Origin: an uncultured Planctomycetota bacterium
GTDB taxonomy: Bacteria > Planctomycetota > Phycisphaerae > Tepidisphaerales > Tepidisphaeraceae
Direction: 5' to 3'
NCBI GenBank assembly: GCA_963841915.1
Contig: CAWJEN010000006.1
Location: 1,152,001 to 1,216,000, forward strand
DNA length: 64,000 bases
Positions 38,420 through 50,819 of this stretch are shown in pieces; position 1 is the first letter of the stretch; the number at the start of each line of letters is the position of its first letter. Made by a program: the position numbers and the translations under genes. A model generated the notes under the pieces. It searched no databases, was not told the origin of the DNA, and saw only the letters and a list, made by a program, of their open reading frames with translations.

Positions 38420-38510
38420 GAGATAAATTGGACAACGACCTTAACATTCGGAAATTGCGAAGATGCGTTCTTGACCCATTGAGCAAGAGCTCCAGCTTGT
38501 GCCGCGGGAG
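38416..38510 (-). pseudogene. Possible remnant of a toxin C-terminal tip
   Basis: AAQAGALAQWVKNASSQFPNVKVVVQFIS* (helix plus terminal strand), truncated at the repeat and coupled to the next gene. Confidence 0.45.
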
Positions 38511-38739
38511 GTAAAGGGGTCGCGAGCCTTTTCGACACTGTGAGCACAGCATGATGTTCGCAGCCGTCGCACCCGCATGTTGTACCGCATCGGCCGAGGC
38601 GGCGACAAGGGTAGACCGGGCAATGAACCATCCGGAGGCAGAAAAGGCTCGCGACCCCGTTTTCTGCCCTCGCGACCCCTTTGTCTCCCCGGCAACAAAG
38701 GCTCGCGACCTTTATCTGCCGCCGTCACTGATGAAGCCA

Positions 38740-39549
38740 TCAGCGAGTTTCCACATGCTCGGCAGGAAAGCGGACGATGTGGTCCTTCAGCTTCTCAGGC
38801 ACCTCGATCTCGACGTCCGTGTACTCGGCGTAGTGCACGAGGAACGTCGCGTCCATTGCCACTTTCAACGTCACGTCCATCTTCGGGAACTCGGCCGTCT
38901 TGTAGTAGGTGGCGTAGTCGGCCAGCGAGCCCGACGCCTCCTCCTCGGCCCCCTCCAGAATATGTTCGAGGGTCCACAAGAGCAGCCGCTCGCGGCGACG
39001 CCGGCCTTCGAGGATCGTCGCGACATGTTCCTGAAGTTGCTCGCGGGGCCGGCCGCGGAGAACGCCGGCCAGGACCAGCAGCCAGGCCCTGTTCTCCTTC
39101 TTCTGGTCGATGTCGAGTTGGACGTCGTCCCGGGGGTACTCGGCGAAGCGGAGCAGGCGGTCCCACTCGCCGAGGGATGAGCACCAGACCAGGGCGTCTT
39201 GCCACGCCGAACTCCACGAGCATGTTCGATCCTGCCAAGCCCGGTCAGGTGGCTGATCGCCATAGTTCCCGGAAGGCTCCTCGTCCCGCCACGAGCCGAA
39301 GAAATACTCCTCCGTGGAGTTCAAGCAACGACGAGCCCATTCGGCGGAAATCCGATGCTCGTCCGCGAGATACGCCGTCAAGGCGATGAAGCCAAAACTG
39401 CTTTCGTCCGAAGAAAGCAACCCACCAAGCCCAACATTAGCAACCGCTGTAGCTTGCGGTACCTCCCTTCTGATCTCTTCATAGTCGTTTATTCTCTCTT
39501 GAAAAGCGTAATCATCTTTAGTTAGAGCCAATCGTGCTCGCAGGGTCAT
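38740..39549 (-). CDS. Cognate immunity protein of the Rhs toxin (helical, Imm49/PoNi-like)
   Basis: Starts 2 nt after the toxin stop codon; 269 aa, helical character. Confidence 0.7.
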   Translation of the reverse strand: MTLRARLALTKDDYAFQERINDYEEIRREVPQATAVANVGLGGLLSSDESSFGFIALTAYLADEHRISAEWARRCLNSTEEYFFGSWRDEEPSGNYGDQPPDRAWQDRTCSWSSAWQDALVWCSSLGEWDRLLRFAEYPRDDVQLDIDQKKENRAWLLVLAGVLRGRPREQLQEHVATILEGRRRRERLLLWTLEHILEGAEEEASGSLADYATYYKTAEFPKMDVTLKVAMDATFLVHYAEYTDVEIEVPEKLKDHIVRFPAEHVETR

Positions 39550-39551
39550 AT

Positions 39552-42500
39552 TTAGAAGTTGGATTGACCGATCTGGCCAATCGTCTTACGGGTAAAAGAA
39601 GGGTCGGCGACGACTCCTGTTGCTTTATCAATAGGCGTCTTGACAAGCAGCACGTCGAGCTTGCCAGACGTACGAGCTTTCTCTAGTTTCTTAGCCCATT
39701 GAAACGACTTCTTATCACGAAGGGTTTTAATCTGCTGCTCGATCCACTGCTTACTCAACTGCTGGTGCCCCGCCGCAAGCCGCGCCAGGTTCCCGGCACC
39801 GCCCTTGGCCTCGACAATCACCAGTCGGCCCGCCGCGTCCTCGAAGACGCCGTCGATGCCGTGGTACCGTGTCGGGAAGTCGTCGACCGACTTGAGTCCC
39901 AGCTTCCGGGCCGTTGTGATCGCCCCAAGTTCCCCGATCGTCGTCACCGCCCGGCGGCTCGCCGCCGCGCCGGAGTTCCGCAAGCCCTGGAAGGCGTCGC
40001 TGAGCACGCCGCCGGCCCCGTCGAGCTTGTTGCCCAACACCCGAGCTTTAGAGAAGAGCTCGCCGAACGGGATGACGTTGCTCAGCAGGCCGGCCAACAA
40101 CGCGGGACTGACGGTTCCGGTCGTGGCGAGTTGGCCCACGATCGTCACCGCATCCCGAATCGTCTCGGCCGCGTCGTAAGCCTTCAACGCCGCACCCACT
40201 TTCGGGCTGCGCATTGCCAGGCTGATCGACGTGCTTGCGCGACGAGTTCCGAATGTAAAGAACATCCCTGTCGGATCGTTCTTGTTGATCGCGTCGCCGC
40301 CGACGAAGCTGTAGAGGTTGGCGTCCCACAGCTCGCCCGGCCCCGGCAGGTAGCTGTCCTGGCTCAGCCAACGCCCGTCTAGGCCACGCAGGCGGCTGCG
40401 TTGGTCGTACGACTCGCTGATCGCGTCGTACCGCTCACCGTGGTGCAGGTGCATTGCCAGCGCGTCGCCGGGATCAAGAACCCCCAGCAGGTTGCCGTCG
40501 GCGTCGTAGGCGTAGACCTGGCCCGTGCCGAGCAGTGCCCGCGTGCCGCTGTGGCCGTCGGTCACGACGTGGCGCAGCACGTCCTGCGTCGCCTCGAATA
40601 GCACCCGGTCGGCGAAGACGCTGTGCCGCTCGAACGTGCCGTCCGCACCGGCGTCCTCGGCCAGCACCTGGCTGTAGCCGGTGAGGCTTTGGCCGTCGAC
40701 GATGTAGGCGGTTTCAGCGCCGGTCTCGGTCGTCGCCAGCACGCGGCGGCCGAGGCTGTTGTAGGCGAAGGTGTGCCCTCGGGGGTGCCGTCGTCGCCGC
40801 GGTCGATGCTCTGGGCTGGCCCAGCACGTTCCAAGCGTAAGCCACGTCGGCGTCGTCGGCCGTCAGGTCGTCCCTCAGCAGTGTGCTGCCGTTGTCGTCG
40901 TAGCTGTAGCTGGCGGTTTGGGTGCCGTCGGCCCATTCCTCGACCAGCCTGTCGTTGTCGTCCACCACGTAGGTCGTGGTGACGCCGTCCTTCAGCTGCT
41001 CGATGCGGTTGCTGGCGAGGTCGTAGCCCCACTCGCTGACCGTGCCGGCGATGTCCTCGCGGATCAGGCGGCCGATGGCGTCGTAGGTCCACGTCGTCGT
41101 GCCGTTCGTCGAGCCGGTGCCGCTTTCGCTGACGCTCCTACGCTGGCCGTTGCCGAAGTAGGCATAAGTCTGCCGCAGCGTGCCCGCTTCCTGCTCGAGC
41201 AGCCGGCCGGCCGTGTCGTAGGTGCGGGTGTAGTCCACATCATTTGGATGCTCCTCAAGCACACGGCGGCCCAGGGCGTCGTAGTGGTACCAACTGGTCC
41301 CCGCCGTCGTATCGATTCTCCTCAGGCGGCCGTGGTCGTCGTACGTGTAGCCGACATCGGCCTCTGTGCCCGGGGCGTCGAGCGACGTCAGGCGGCCGGT
41401 TGCCGGGTCGTAGCCGTAGGTGACGAGACCTTCGGGCTGGAGGTGCGAGGCGACGTTGCCGGTGACGGCGTCGTGCGTCCACGTCTCCAAACGATCAGGG
41501 ACTAGCTGCAGGTTGATTGGCGAACCGGCCGCGTCGTCAGTCTGCCAGCGACCCCAGGCCGTGCGGCGGCCCAGCGCGTCGTAGGCGTAACGGTGCACCA
41601 GCGAGGGTGACGATGCCGTGTCACTTTCGAAGACACGTTCCTCCACCATCCGGCCCAGCGTCGGCGAGGCAGGCCAGTCGAGGTCGGTGTCGTGCACGTC
41701 GGCGACGTATGTCTCGTCGTCATACACGTGCTCCGTCACAACGCCGTCGAAGGCGACCGTCGTCGCCACCCGGCCGCGGGCGTCGTAGGTAATCGAGTCC
41801 TGCTGACCCAGCGGCAGCGTCCGGCCGGACGGGCGGCCTTCGTCGTCGACGGCGAACAGTGTCTCGCGGTTCTGCGGGTCTTTCTGGCTCAGACGGTTGC
41901 CTGCCGCGTCGTAGACGTATTGGAACTTCGCACGGCCGAGCTGCGAGCCGGTCGAAGCGTCGGTGACCTCGGGTCGCCACGCCGCCACCAGACGGCCGGC
42001 GGCGTCATAAACCTCGTGCGTCACGCGGGCCGGCTCGGTGTCCGGGTTCCGCCGCTCGACACTCACCGAGTGCCGGCTCCCGGGGTTGACACTCATCGTG
42101 GCCCCAAGATCGGCAGGCGTGTTGAGGTTCAGCCCTGAGGTTGCTTGCGCCTGGTTTCCGGAGACGCCGCCGATGGCCAATGTCTCCGTGCCGTCGGGGT
42201 GCAGCGTTCGCACGGAGCCGGGCACCTCGTCGCGGATCGTCAGCGTCGGCCGGCCGAGTGCGTCTGTCCACAGCGTGCTGCGTCGGAACGCGCTGTCGTG
42301 AGACGTGGAGACACCGGTGAAGTTGCCGTTGGCGTCGAACTCGTTCTCGATGATCTCGCCGGTAGTGCCGATGATGCGAAGCGCCGGCCGATCTTGCTCG
42401 GCGGCACGCACCGTGCCGTTCTCGATGCCTCGACCGGTTAGGACGTAGCTGAGGGCACTTGGAGCCGCGGTGTCGATGGGCACGAGGCGAAGGACGGCCG

Positions 42501-45500
42501 AGTTGGGCTCGCGGATGGCCCGCACGTTGAACTTCGTCGCGGGCGTGATGCTGTTGATCCCGTCGGCGAGTTGCTGTGCCGCCGCCCGTTGCGTTTGAGC
42601 GTTGCCCGAGGTGAGCACGTTGGAGAGATCGACGGTGACGGTTTCGGAAGTCGTCGGATCGATCGGGTCCGTCAGCGTGAGCGTGAAGGAGTCGTCGAGA
42701 TCAAGCTGGCCGGTCACTTCCACGCGATTGGCGTTCCACCGGTCGGCGAGTGTGCCGGCCACGTCTCCTCGCCCGTCACCGGCGGAGGAGGTGTGCGACT
42801 CGCGGGCGTCGCGGAAGTGCAAGGCGGCGGCAGCGTTCACAGCCGCTGGGTCGACGTACGGGTCGTCGTACGCCGCTGCTACGTGCCAATCTGCCGGCGC
42901 GTCGGCCTTCAGCGGCCCGCTGAATCGGACGCTGCCGTCGAACCAATAGACCGTGCCGACGCGTAAACCATCGGCGTTGACTTGCTCGACCGCACGGCCG
43001 CGGCCGTCATAGACGGTGCGCGTCGTAGCGACCCGATCCGATGCGGAAACGACGGCCGGCAACGTGCGGTAGAGGCCGCCGACTTCTTCCAGCGGGATGC
43101 GTGCGTCGGCGTACTGCTCCGTACCGGCCGCACGACCCAGCGCGTCGTAGATCGTGCGGGTCACGACGTAGCGCGAGGCGTTGTCGAGGTTGCTCCACGA
43201 GATCTGCGGGTTCTGCTCGCTGTAGTTGAAGCTGGCTTGCGTCGTGCTGGCGAACTGCTCGGCCTGCCACTCGGCTCGACCGAGCGCGTCGTAGGCGGTC
43301 CGTGTTTCGGTGCCGTCGGGACGCTGGGTCGCGATGACACGACCTGCGGCGTCGTACAGCGTCAGCGTCGTCGGATCGGTCGCGTCAAGGTTCGGGCCAT
43401 ACTGCTCGACATTGGCGACGACGAGTCCACCGTCACCGTGGTAGGTGTGGGACACGGTGCCGACGGGATTGGCAAGCGTGATGTTGTCGATCGAGCGGAC
43501 GGCCCGGCCGGCGGCGTCGTATTCGGTGAGGCCGTTGGAGATGCTGACGAGCGTGCCGTTGTTGTCCCACTCGCGGAAGGTCTGCGCAACGGAGCCGTCA
43601 GGCTGATAGGTGTAACGCGTGACCAGGCCGGCCGCGTCAGTCGACGTGTCGAGGCGGCCGAGGTGCGTCCCACTGGTGACGTAGGTGTTGCTCGACAGCT
43701 CGGCCAGTTCGACACCGTTGGCATCAACCGTGAACGTTCGCAACAGCAGTCCCTTGTCCAGGTCGCCGATGCCGTCGGTGTACTCGTAGCGGGTCTCTTC
43801 ACCGAGATGGTTCCGACTCCACAGGAGGTTGCCCGCGTCGTCATATTCGTTGCGGGTGACTTGCCCGTAAGGATCGACGACACGCTGCACACCGCCGAGT
43901 TCGTGGTAGGCATGATCGGCTCCGTCCGCCGGATCGGCCTCGTACCAAGTGGTCAGCCACGAGACGCCGTCGGGCGCGAGGACGCGCTCGTAGACGGGCT
44001 TCCAAAGGTCTGTGTCGGAGCTGGCGGGCAGTGCGTCCGTGTAGTTCTTGAAGCTGACCTCTCGGACCTGGCGTGTCGGCGCGAGGTAGAGCCGCTTGCC
44101 ACTCAGGTCAGGGGCCGGCACGGAAAACGGCTCGAATTCTCGCAGCGTGTGGGGCCGATTCCATCCGATCTCGTCGCCGCCTTCTCGGGTGTTGATGATG
44201 GCGGCGTCGTTGTACTCGTACTCGCGGACGGTCACGAGGTAGCGGGTGACGAGCCCGGTGTTGGTGTCACGCTCGGCCCGAATCTCGCGGACGACTTGGC
44301 CGAGCCGGTCATAGACGAACTCGGTATCATTGCCCTCGGCATCCGTTGAGGCGGTGAGGCCGGTGGTCCCGGTGAAGAAGCCACTGTCTAGCAGCGACGC
44401 GTTACCGTCGGCATCGGAGACGGAGGCAAGTCGGCCGGCGGCGTCATAGTCCGCCGCCAGCACGTCGACGTCGCGGGCGTCCGTAATTGTCTCAAGGCGG
44501 TGGCCTGGGCCATATGCGAACGTGGTCACATCCTCCGCGACATCCTTGACAGAGACCAACTCGCCCTCTGACGGCGTCCCGGCGTCGCCGTAGGTGTAGA
44601 TGACACGGCGAAGAACGCCACCACCGGCATCGATAACTTGCGCCTCGCTGACTTGTGAGCCGTTGCGGAGCACGCGCAACGTCAGGCCGCCTGCCGAGGC
44701 GACATCGCCACCGCTGTTGTCAATGAAGGTTGTGGGGTTCCCGTTCGCGTCTGTGCGCGAGCGCACCCTACCGGAGTCGGCTTCGATTTCATACCGGGTT
44801 CCATCTGTAGTTGTGACGTAGTAGCGATTACCGAATTGTGCGTTGGCGGGATTGTATCCGTTGGCACCAACTTTAAAGAACGAGCCGTCGCGGATCAGGG
44901 TGTAGGAATTGACGTCGTCCCACGCTGGGTAATCCGAGTGATCTGGACCGACTAATTCACTTTGGCCGCCAGCTCTGGAGCATGACTTGCAGCGTGGCAC
45001 CGCTGCCGTCAGCTGCGACGAACTGCGGACGCCATGCGAAGCCCAGGCCACTGAAGGGGCTTTGAAAATTCCCCGTCGACCGGTCGGAAGACGAAGGTGC
45101 GTCTCCCGATGCCGGGTAGGTCGATGTAGCACCGGGTCGTTCTCGCGAAGGGCCGGCGGCTCGCTGCCGACGAGCGTGTCGCCGCGGGCATCCGTCTCGA
45201 CCTCCGCCTCGTCAAGCTCGAGACGCCAGCCGTACCCGAAAGCGAGCCGCTCGTGAGCACGGGACGAGTCGTACACGCGTCGGACCTCGATCGGCGCTTG
45301 GCCGGGTACGTCGAGCGTCAGGTCAACGAACGGCAGGACAAGGTTGCCGAGCTTGACGTCCGTCTTGATCTCGACCGATACGCGATCGACGGCATTGGGC
45401 GTGGCGGACTGACCGTCGTCTACGTGGAGAACGAGGTCGTAAACACCATTGGGCAACGACGCCGCGTGCAGCGTTGCCAGAATGCCGCCGTCGGCGGGAA

Positions 45501-48500
45501 TCGAGCCGACGCGGCCGACCGCGTCGTCGACGAGCACGATCGGCTCGCCACCGTCGCGTGGCTCGAGGCGCAACGAATGGGTGAGCGTGTCGTTGGCGTT
45601 GAGGTCCTGAACGACGCCGAATACATCAAAATCTCGAGAGATAATGAACGGCTCACCCGTCGATGGCGGCGAGAGAAGGCGGCCGATCGGAGCGACCTGA
45701 TCAATGACCTGCAGCGAGAATTGGACCTGCCCTGCGCCGACGACTTGGCCATCAGATGCACGAGTCGCCGTCACGCCAATGAAGTAGCCGCCTCGGTTCG
45801 CTGCAGTAAATGTTGCTACGGAGTCGTCAACCGCGTCGACCACCAGGCTGGCGGTGCTGAAGGTGTTGTCCCACGTGAACGAGCCGTCGAAATCAGTGAT
45901 CGGACCGCCATACTGGTCGAGCACCACCGCCCGCAGATCAATGGGATCATTCGGTGATGTGGCTGCTGGATAAGGAACGGATTCGACGCGTAACGACGTC
46001 GGCACCTGGACACTGTCGAACGTGACGGCGTAGGGATCCGAGAACAATGCCCCGTCGGACGCGACCACCGTGAACCCGTAGATGCCGGGGCCCGGAAGGT
46101 CGAGAACAACATTGCGGGCTTCGACCGACCCGTTCCAACTGGGCAGGTCGACATCGCTAATCGACAAGCCAGTGGGGACGGACGTGACGGCCCACGTGTA
46201 AGTCAGGAGGTTATTGTCACCATCGGAATCAGTGCCGGTGGCCGAGAGGGCCAGTCGATTGTCGTGCAACTGGCTGAGGACGCTGACGACTTCAGGAGCT
46301 TGATTAGTCTGATCGGACACTTCAACGACCAGCTCTCCTACCTGATTCCCCTGCTCAACACGTACCGTGTATGTCCCGGGTGTCGTTCCGGTGTTCAGCC
46401 ATGCCTGTCGACCAGCGATGGTCGGGGTCAAGCTCGCGTCAGTGTTGGCCGGATCGAGCGGCTGCCACTCGGCATCAGAGGGAACGAATGGATGGTTGAA
46501 CTGGTCAAAGTAGCTGGCATGAATCGCAAGCAGCCCGTTCTTTGGGCTGGTTACCGAAGGCACCGGGCTACCCGGCAGCGGTGGGAGCGAAATTGCTGTT
46601 GTCGCCGAAGGCGATCCGACTGGTGTCGTGAGCTACATCGAATGTCACGTTTACGTAGCGGCTTTCGATGTCCACATCAGGATGGTCGACCCGAACCTGA
46701 AATGCGTAAATGCCAGCAGCGTTGTACAAGAGCGACGTTGAAGCTTCGGTAGCCGGCTCCAGCCATGTCGGCGACGCGAGCGACGGCTTTTTCACCAAGG
46801 TCCAGCTGTACGACAGATCAGAAGCGTCACCATCGACGTGAGCGTCGATGCTCAGCTCCACGACCTGCGGGTTCATCGGGTCGGCGCTGTTTGCCGTGCT
46901 GCTCTCTACGGTTATGTACGTCGACGGATCAGGATCGACGATGACTTCGAAACTTGCCTCGCTAATTAGGCCCTCTTCATCCGTCACGCTGAATGAGACT
47001 GCATGTCGACCACCGCTGTAGAACTTGGTGTCCCAAGAAAGCATGCCCGGGATCTCGCTACTAAAGACAGGCTTACGCGACCCGAGAGGTCTGAGAACTT
47101 CAAATAGGAGCTTGCTCGAGTCGCCGTCGGGGTCGATTGCTTCGACATCTACGATGATGGTGTTGCCCCCGTAAATGTCGGCTACCGCGTATTGCGGCTC
47201 GATCGGCGTGATGCGGGGCGGCAGATTGATTGCCATGCCGACGGCAATGTTCGACCAGGCCGAGACGCCGAAGTCGCCCTCTGCCCGCACGCGGTAGTGG
47301 TAGCGGAAGTTCCAGTCTTCCGGCACATCTGCAAAGATTGCCGCGTCGCCGTCCGCCTGCCCGGCGAACTCGAACTGGTTGCCGTCGAGCGACCGCTCGA
47401 TCCGGAAGGAGGTCACCAGACCGGCTGAGCGTGTCGCCCAGGATAATTCGATGATCTTGCCGTCGCCCTGCGTCGCGACGAGCGTCGTCGGGCTGGCCGG
47501 AACGCCGCGGAAGACGTCTACGGCAAGCGTGCGATACCGCTCGTTCGTCGCACCCGGTTCGCCGGCAACAAGGTTGTCAGGGTAGTAATCGTCCCGATAC
47601 TCCAGTGCGATAAGCTGATCGGAATCGCCATGGTGCGTGAAGCTGATGCCGTAGGAGTGGTCAAGGTCGGTGCTGGGTGCTCCCCAATACGGGAACTTGT
47701 TCGACACGGAACCCGTGAAGACTGCCGGAGTGTTGACGTCCTCTGCAAGTCCGACGGCGATGCCGTAATCGAGGAAGGCACCCCGCCAGGAGCTTCCTTG
47801 CTGCCGTTCACCAGGGGCCCAGGGCCACTGGCCGTACTCAGCGTCGGCGTCAAAAGGCACGTCATCAGCACTGTCACCCAGACGGAACGAGCCGTCGACC
47901 AAACCATTGGCCGAACCATCTTCCGAAATTTCGTCGCGGAACGAAACGATACTGTCCTCGACATTGAAACCGACCCGGTTGCCGAAGGCGTCGAAGCCGA
48001 GGCTGTGGACGAGTTCCAGCGGCGAACCGTCACGCCCTCGATAGATGTCGAAGCCTTCGTAAGCGTGAAGGTTGCCGTATGCATCCCGCGGCTCGTTCCA
48101 CGTCAGTCGGATGCTGTCTGAAGATTGCGCCCGAGGGCCAACTCAGTCGGCCCTTCGGGTGGCTTCGGAAGATCACTGCCGAACCGTCCGCGAACGATAG
48201 CAAAGATCAAGGATAGAGACGACTCCGTCCCCGTTTGCATCGCCCGTTTCGAAAGTTCCCGCCTGGCCATGGTTCGCTCGCAGGATCGCCCAGTCTAGGA
48301 TGTTGACCTCTCGGTTGCGGTCAAAGTCTCCAGTGTAGAAGAAGTAGGCATCTTCATCGTTGAACCGCCGCTTCTCGGTGCCGATCGGCGTTGTCTCACC
48401 CGACCTGAAAATGCCGTCTTCGTGGACGGTCAGCTCGTAGTTGCCGTCCGGCGGGTAGGCAGTCTGCACATGATTAGGCGGAAGCGTTGCCGTCAGGCCG

Positions 48501-48853
48501 ATTCGTGTTGTGTCTCCGTCCGTGCGCAGCAAAACCCGACGATAATCATCGGCAGCAGCGAAATCGTCTCGCGCAGTCCAGCCGTCCGTGAGGTTCTCCA
48601 GCATGACGTCACGGATGTCGATGCTGTCAAACACATCAGCGTCAAAGTCCACGTAAAAGGCGACGCCGCCGAACCCGCCTTGCCCTACGTAATCGAGATC
48701 GATCCCAGCTTGATAGAAACCGCCTCCGCCAGACAAAAGCCGGCGGACCTCAAGCTTCTCGGCAACTGCGTTGACGGCGTGGCAAATTGCACGATCCCGT
48801 GCAGCGTCGTGGAATCTGGACGACTCGAGAGAGCGAGCGTGAACGATCAGCAT
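39552..48853 (-). CDS. Giant Rhs/YD-repeat polymorphic toxin (about 3100 aa, several frameshifts) with planctomycete export motif, dockerin-like, FN3, Ig/PKD-like domains, YD repeats and a PD-(D/E)XK nuclease tip
   Basis: EKLEVRRLLS; GDFDRNREVNILD/GDANGDGVVSILDL; FRIERSLDG..YHYRVRA; many YD..GR repeats; NLYSFVGGDAINKNDPTG; HGIDGVF..LVIVEAKGG..QLSKQWI. Pieces are ORFs 48173-48853, 46568-47902, 40714-46563 and 39552-40742. Confidence 0.85.
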
Positions 48854-49249
48854 CGTGCGGACACAGTTGTGCTGCTCTTTTATCAGACGTCACGTAGACT
48901 GCAAGCAAGACTCACCCGAATAAAAGTTCATAGTCAATCGGTCGGAGTTGGCACGTGATCGCCACGGACGAACTCCTTGTTCTAAAGACCTTTAGGAGCT
49001 ACACCTCCGAGAGGACATAGCACTTTGATGCGAGGAATGGGCGCCATTGCGCCGAGCCGTTCGCCTGCTCTCGGTCATCATCTGAGGGCTCGCATGAGTT
49101 GAAGCATTGAGCAGGGACTTGGAGTCCAGAGCTTGGTTGCTCATGTTGGCGACTCACCCTTAAAAGCGGTAGGTTTTGAACGCCTGACGAGTTCAAGTGC
49201 CACCGCTGCCGCAGCGCTTCGCGGCATCCTTGTTTCGCATGCACTTAGA

Positions 49250-49277
49250 TAAAGCAACGCGCTCCATCGGCCGATGC
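49250..49277 (+). promoter_or_regulatory. Sigma-28 (FliA/SigD)-type promoter
   Basis: TAAA-N16-GCCGATGC about 50 nt upstream of the flagellin gene; GGGGAGG RBS at 49317-49323. Confidence 0.7.
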
Positions 49278-49326
49278 TGGGCATGTTCCGCTGACGGGGG
49301 CGTCCGCCGAGCCTGAGGGGAGGTCC

Positions 49327-50819
49327 ATATCCGCATCGTTTCAAATATCCCCTCTCTCGTCGCATCGCGGGCCATCCGTACGCAGCAAACGGCTGCTGCC
49401 CGCACGCTGCGGCACCTGGCGACCGGGCAACGCATCAACAGCGGACGGGACGGGCCGGCCAAGCTCATTGCCGGTGAATCGTTCCGCCAGACGGTGACGA
49501 AGACCGCGACAGTGGTGAAGAACGCCGACCGGGCTTCTGCTCTGGTCGGAACGGCCGAGGGCGGACTCGTCGAAATCTCGGCGTCTTTGCTGGAGTTGAA
49601 GAGCCTCGTCGTGCGGGCGGCCAACGTCGGCGCGCAGGCCGAGGCAGAACGCGAGGCCGATCAGTTGCAGATCGATCGCGTCGTCGGCTCGATCAACCGC
49701 CTCTCTGCCGCCACGACGTTCAACGGCAAGCGCCTCCTCGACGGCAGCTTTGCCACCACCAAGTCTGCCGTCCGCGACATGACCAACACCAACCCAGCGA
49801 TGTTTGCCGGCATTGATCTCGGAGCCAGCGTCGCCGGCTCGCTGCAGATCGACGTGACGAGCGAGGCGACGAACTCCACGGGCGAACTCGATTTTTCCCG
49901 CAGCGTGTTGCCGCAGCGTGTGCGGTTCTGGTACCCGTCGGAGGGCGCTGCGACGGAGGTCACGAGCGATCTGACGTGGGGCCCGCTGGACGGACCGATC
50001 GAGACGACGGTGATGCCGCAGCTTCAGGCGGCACTGACGCCTTTGGATATCACAATCGAACAAGTGTCTGCGACGCGTTTGCGATTTGTAGCCAACGACC
50101 GAAGCCGCGGCGCGTTCGGTGCCGAGGTGCGGCCCGGAATCTCCTGGAACCCGCTCGCGCCGAACCCGGCCACAACCGTCGTTTATGGCGCACCGTCGAG
50201 TGCGGCCTCGGGAAGTGCCCCGCTGCCGGGACAGGCAACGGTCGAGGACAACAGCGGCAACGTCACCACCGTGTCGACCGAGACATTGACGATCAGCGTC
50301 CCCGTCGGCGGAGACACGGTGAATCTCGTGCTGAGCGACGCAGGCAAGGCGGCCGGCACGAGCGGCCTTGTCGCGTGGAAGCAGAACGAAGTGCTCGAAG
50401 GCGACCCGCTGTCGTTCGCACTCGATGCGGACGTGGCTAAGCGGACGACGCTTTCCATCGACCGCATCGATGCGACAACGCTCGGCACTCTCGGTGGCAG
50501 GAAGCTCAACGACCTGGGCGACCTGCTGAGCGACAGCGACTACGACACCGCCGCGGCGACGGTCGATGCGGCCATTAGAGACGTAGCCAAGCTGCGCGGA
50601 CAGCTCGGCGCCACGCTCCGCTACACGGTCGGCGCGGCCAGACGATCCAACGTGACGGCCAACGAGCAAGCGACGGCGACGCTGTCCTCCATCGTCGACC
50701 TCGACTACAGCCAGGCCGCCAACGACCGTGCACGCGAGACCATTCTGGCGGCGGCGGCGCAGCGCGTGATGCAGGTCACGCTCGATCGCCCGCGGCAGGC
50801 GCTGTCGTTGTTGGCGTGA
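49327..50819 (+). CDS. fliC: Divergent flagellin; no in-frame ATG at the expected start
   Basis: RIVSNIPSL..LATGQRINSGRDGPA, TAEGGLVEI, TTFNGKRLLDGS; C-terminal RGQLGA..SSIVDLDY..RQALSLL. Confidence 0.82.

Larger units (their letters stand above)
37800..38713. repeat. Cluster of 5 copies of a short palindromic repeat GAAAAGGCTCGCGACCCCTTT
   Basis: Copies at 37800-37820 (+), 38513-38533 (-, perfect 21/21), 38641-38661 (+), 38669-38691 (+, partial) and 38697-38713 (+, partial). Confidence 0.9.

Noticed and set aside
37800..38713. Possible CRISPR array
   Set aside because: The copies have mixed orientation and irregular spacing (from under 10 nt to about 690 nt), and there are no cas genes.
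32857..48853. Complete prophage integrated at tRNA-Ser
   Set aside because: I found no integrase, portal, capsid, tail or lysis genes, and no duplicate of the tRNA 3' end, in the window.
48950..48963. Sigma-54 promoter TGGCACG...GC
   Set aside because: The GG-to-GC spacing is 9 nt rather than 10, and no gene start fits.
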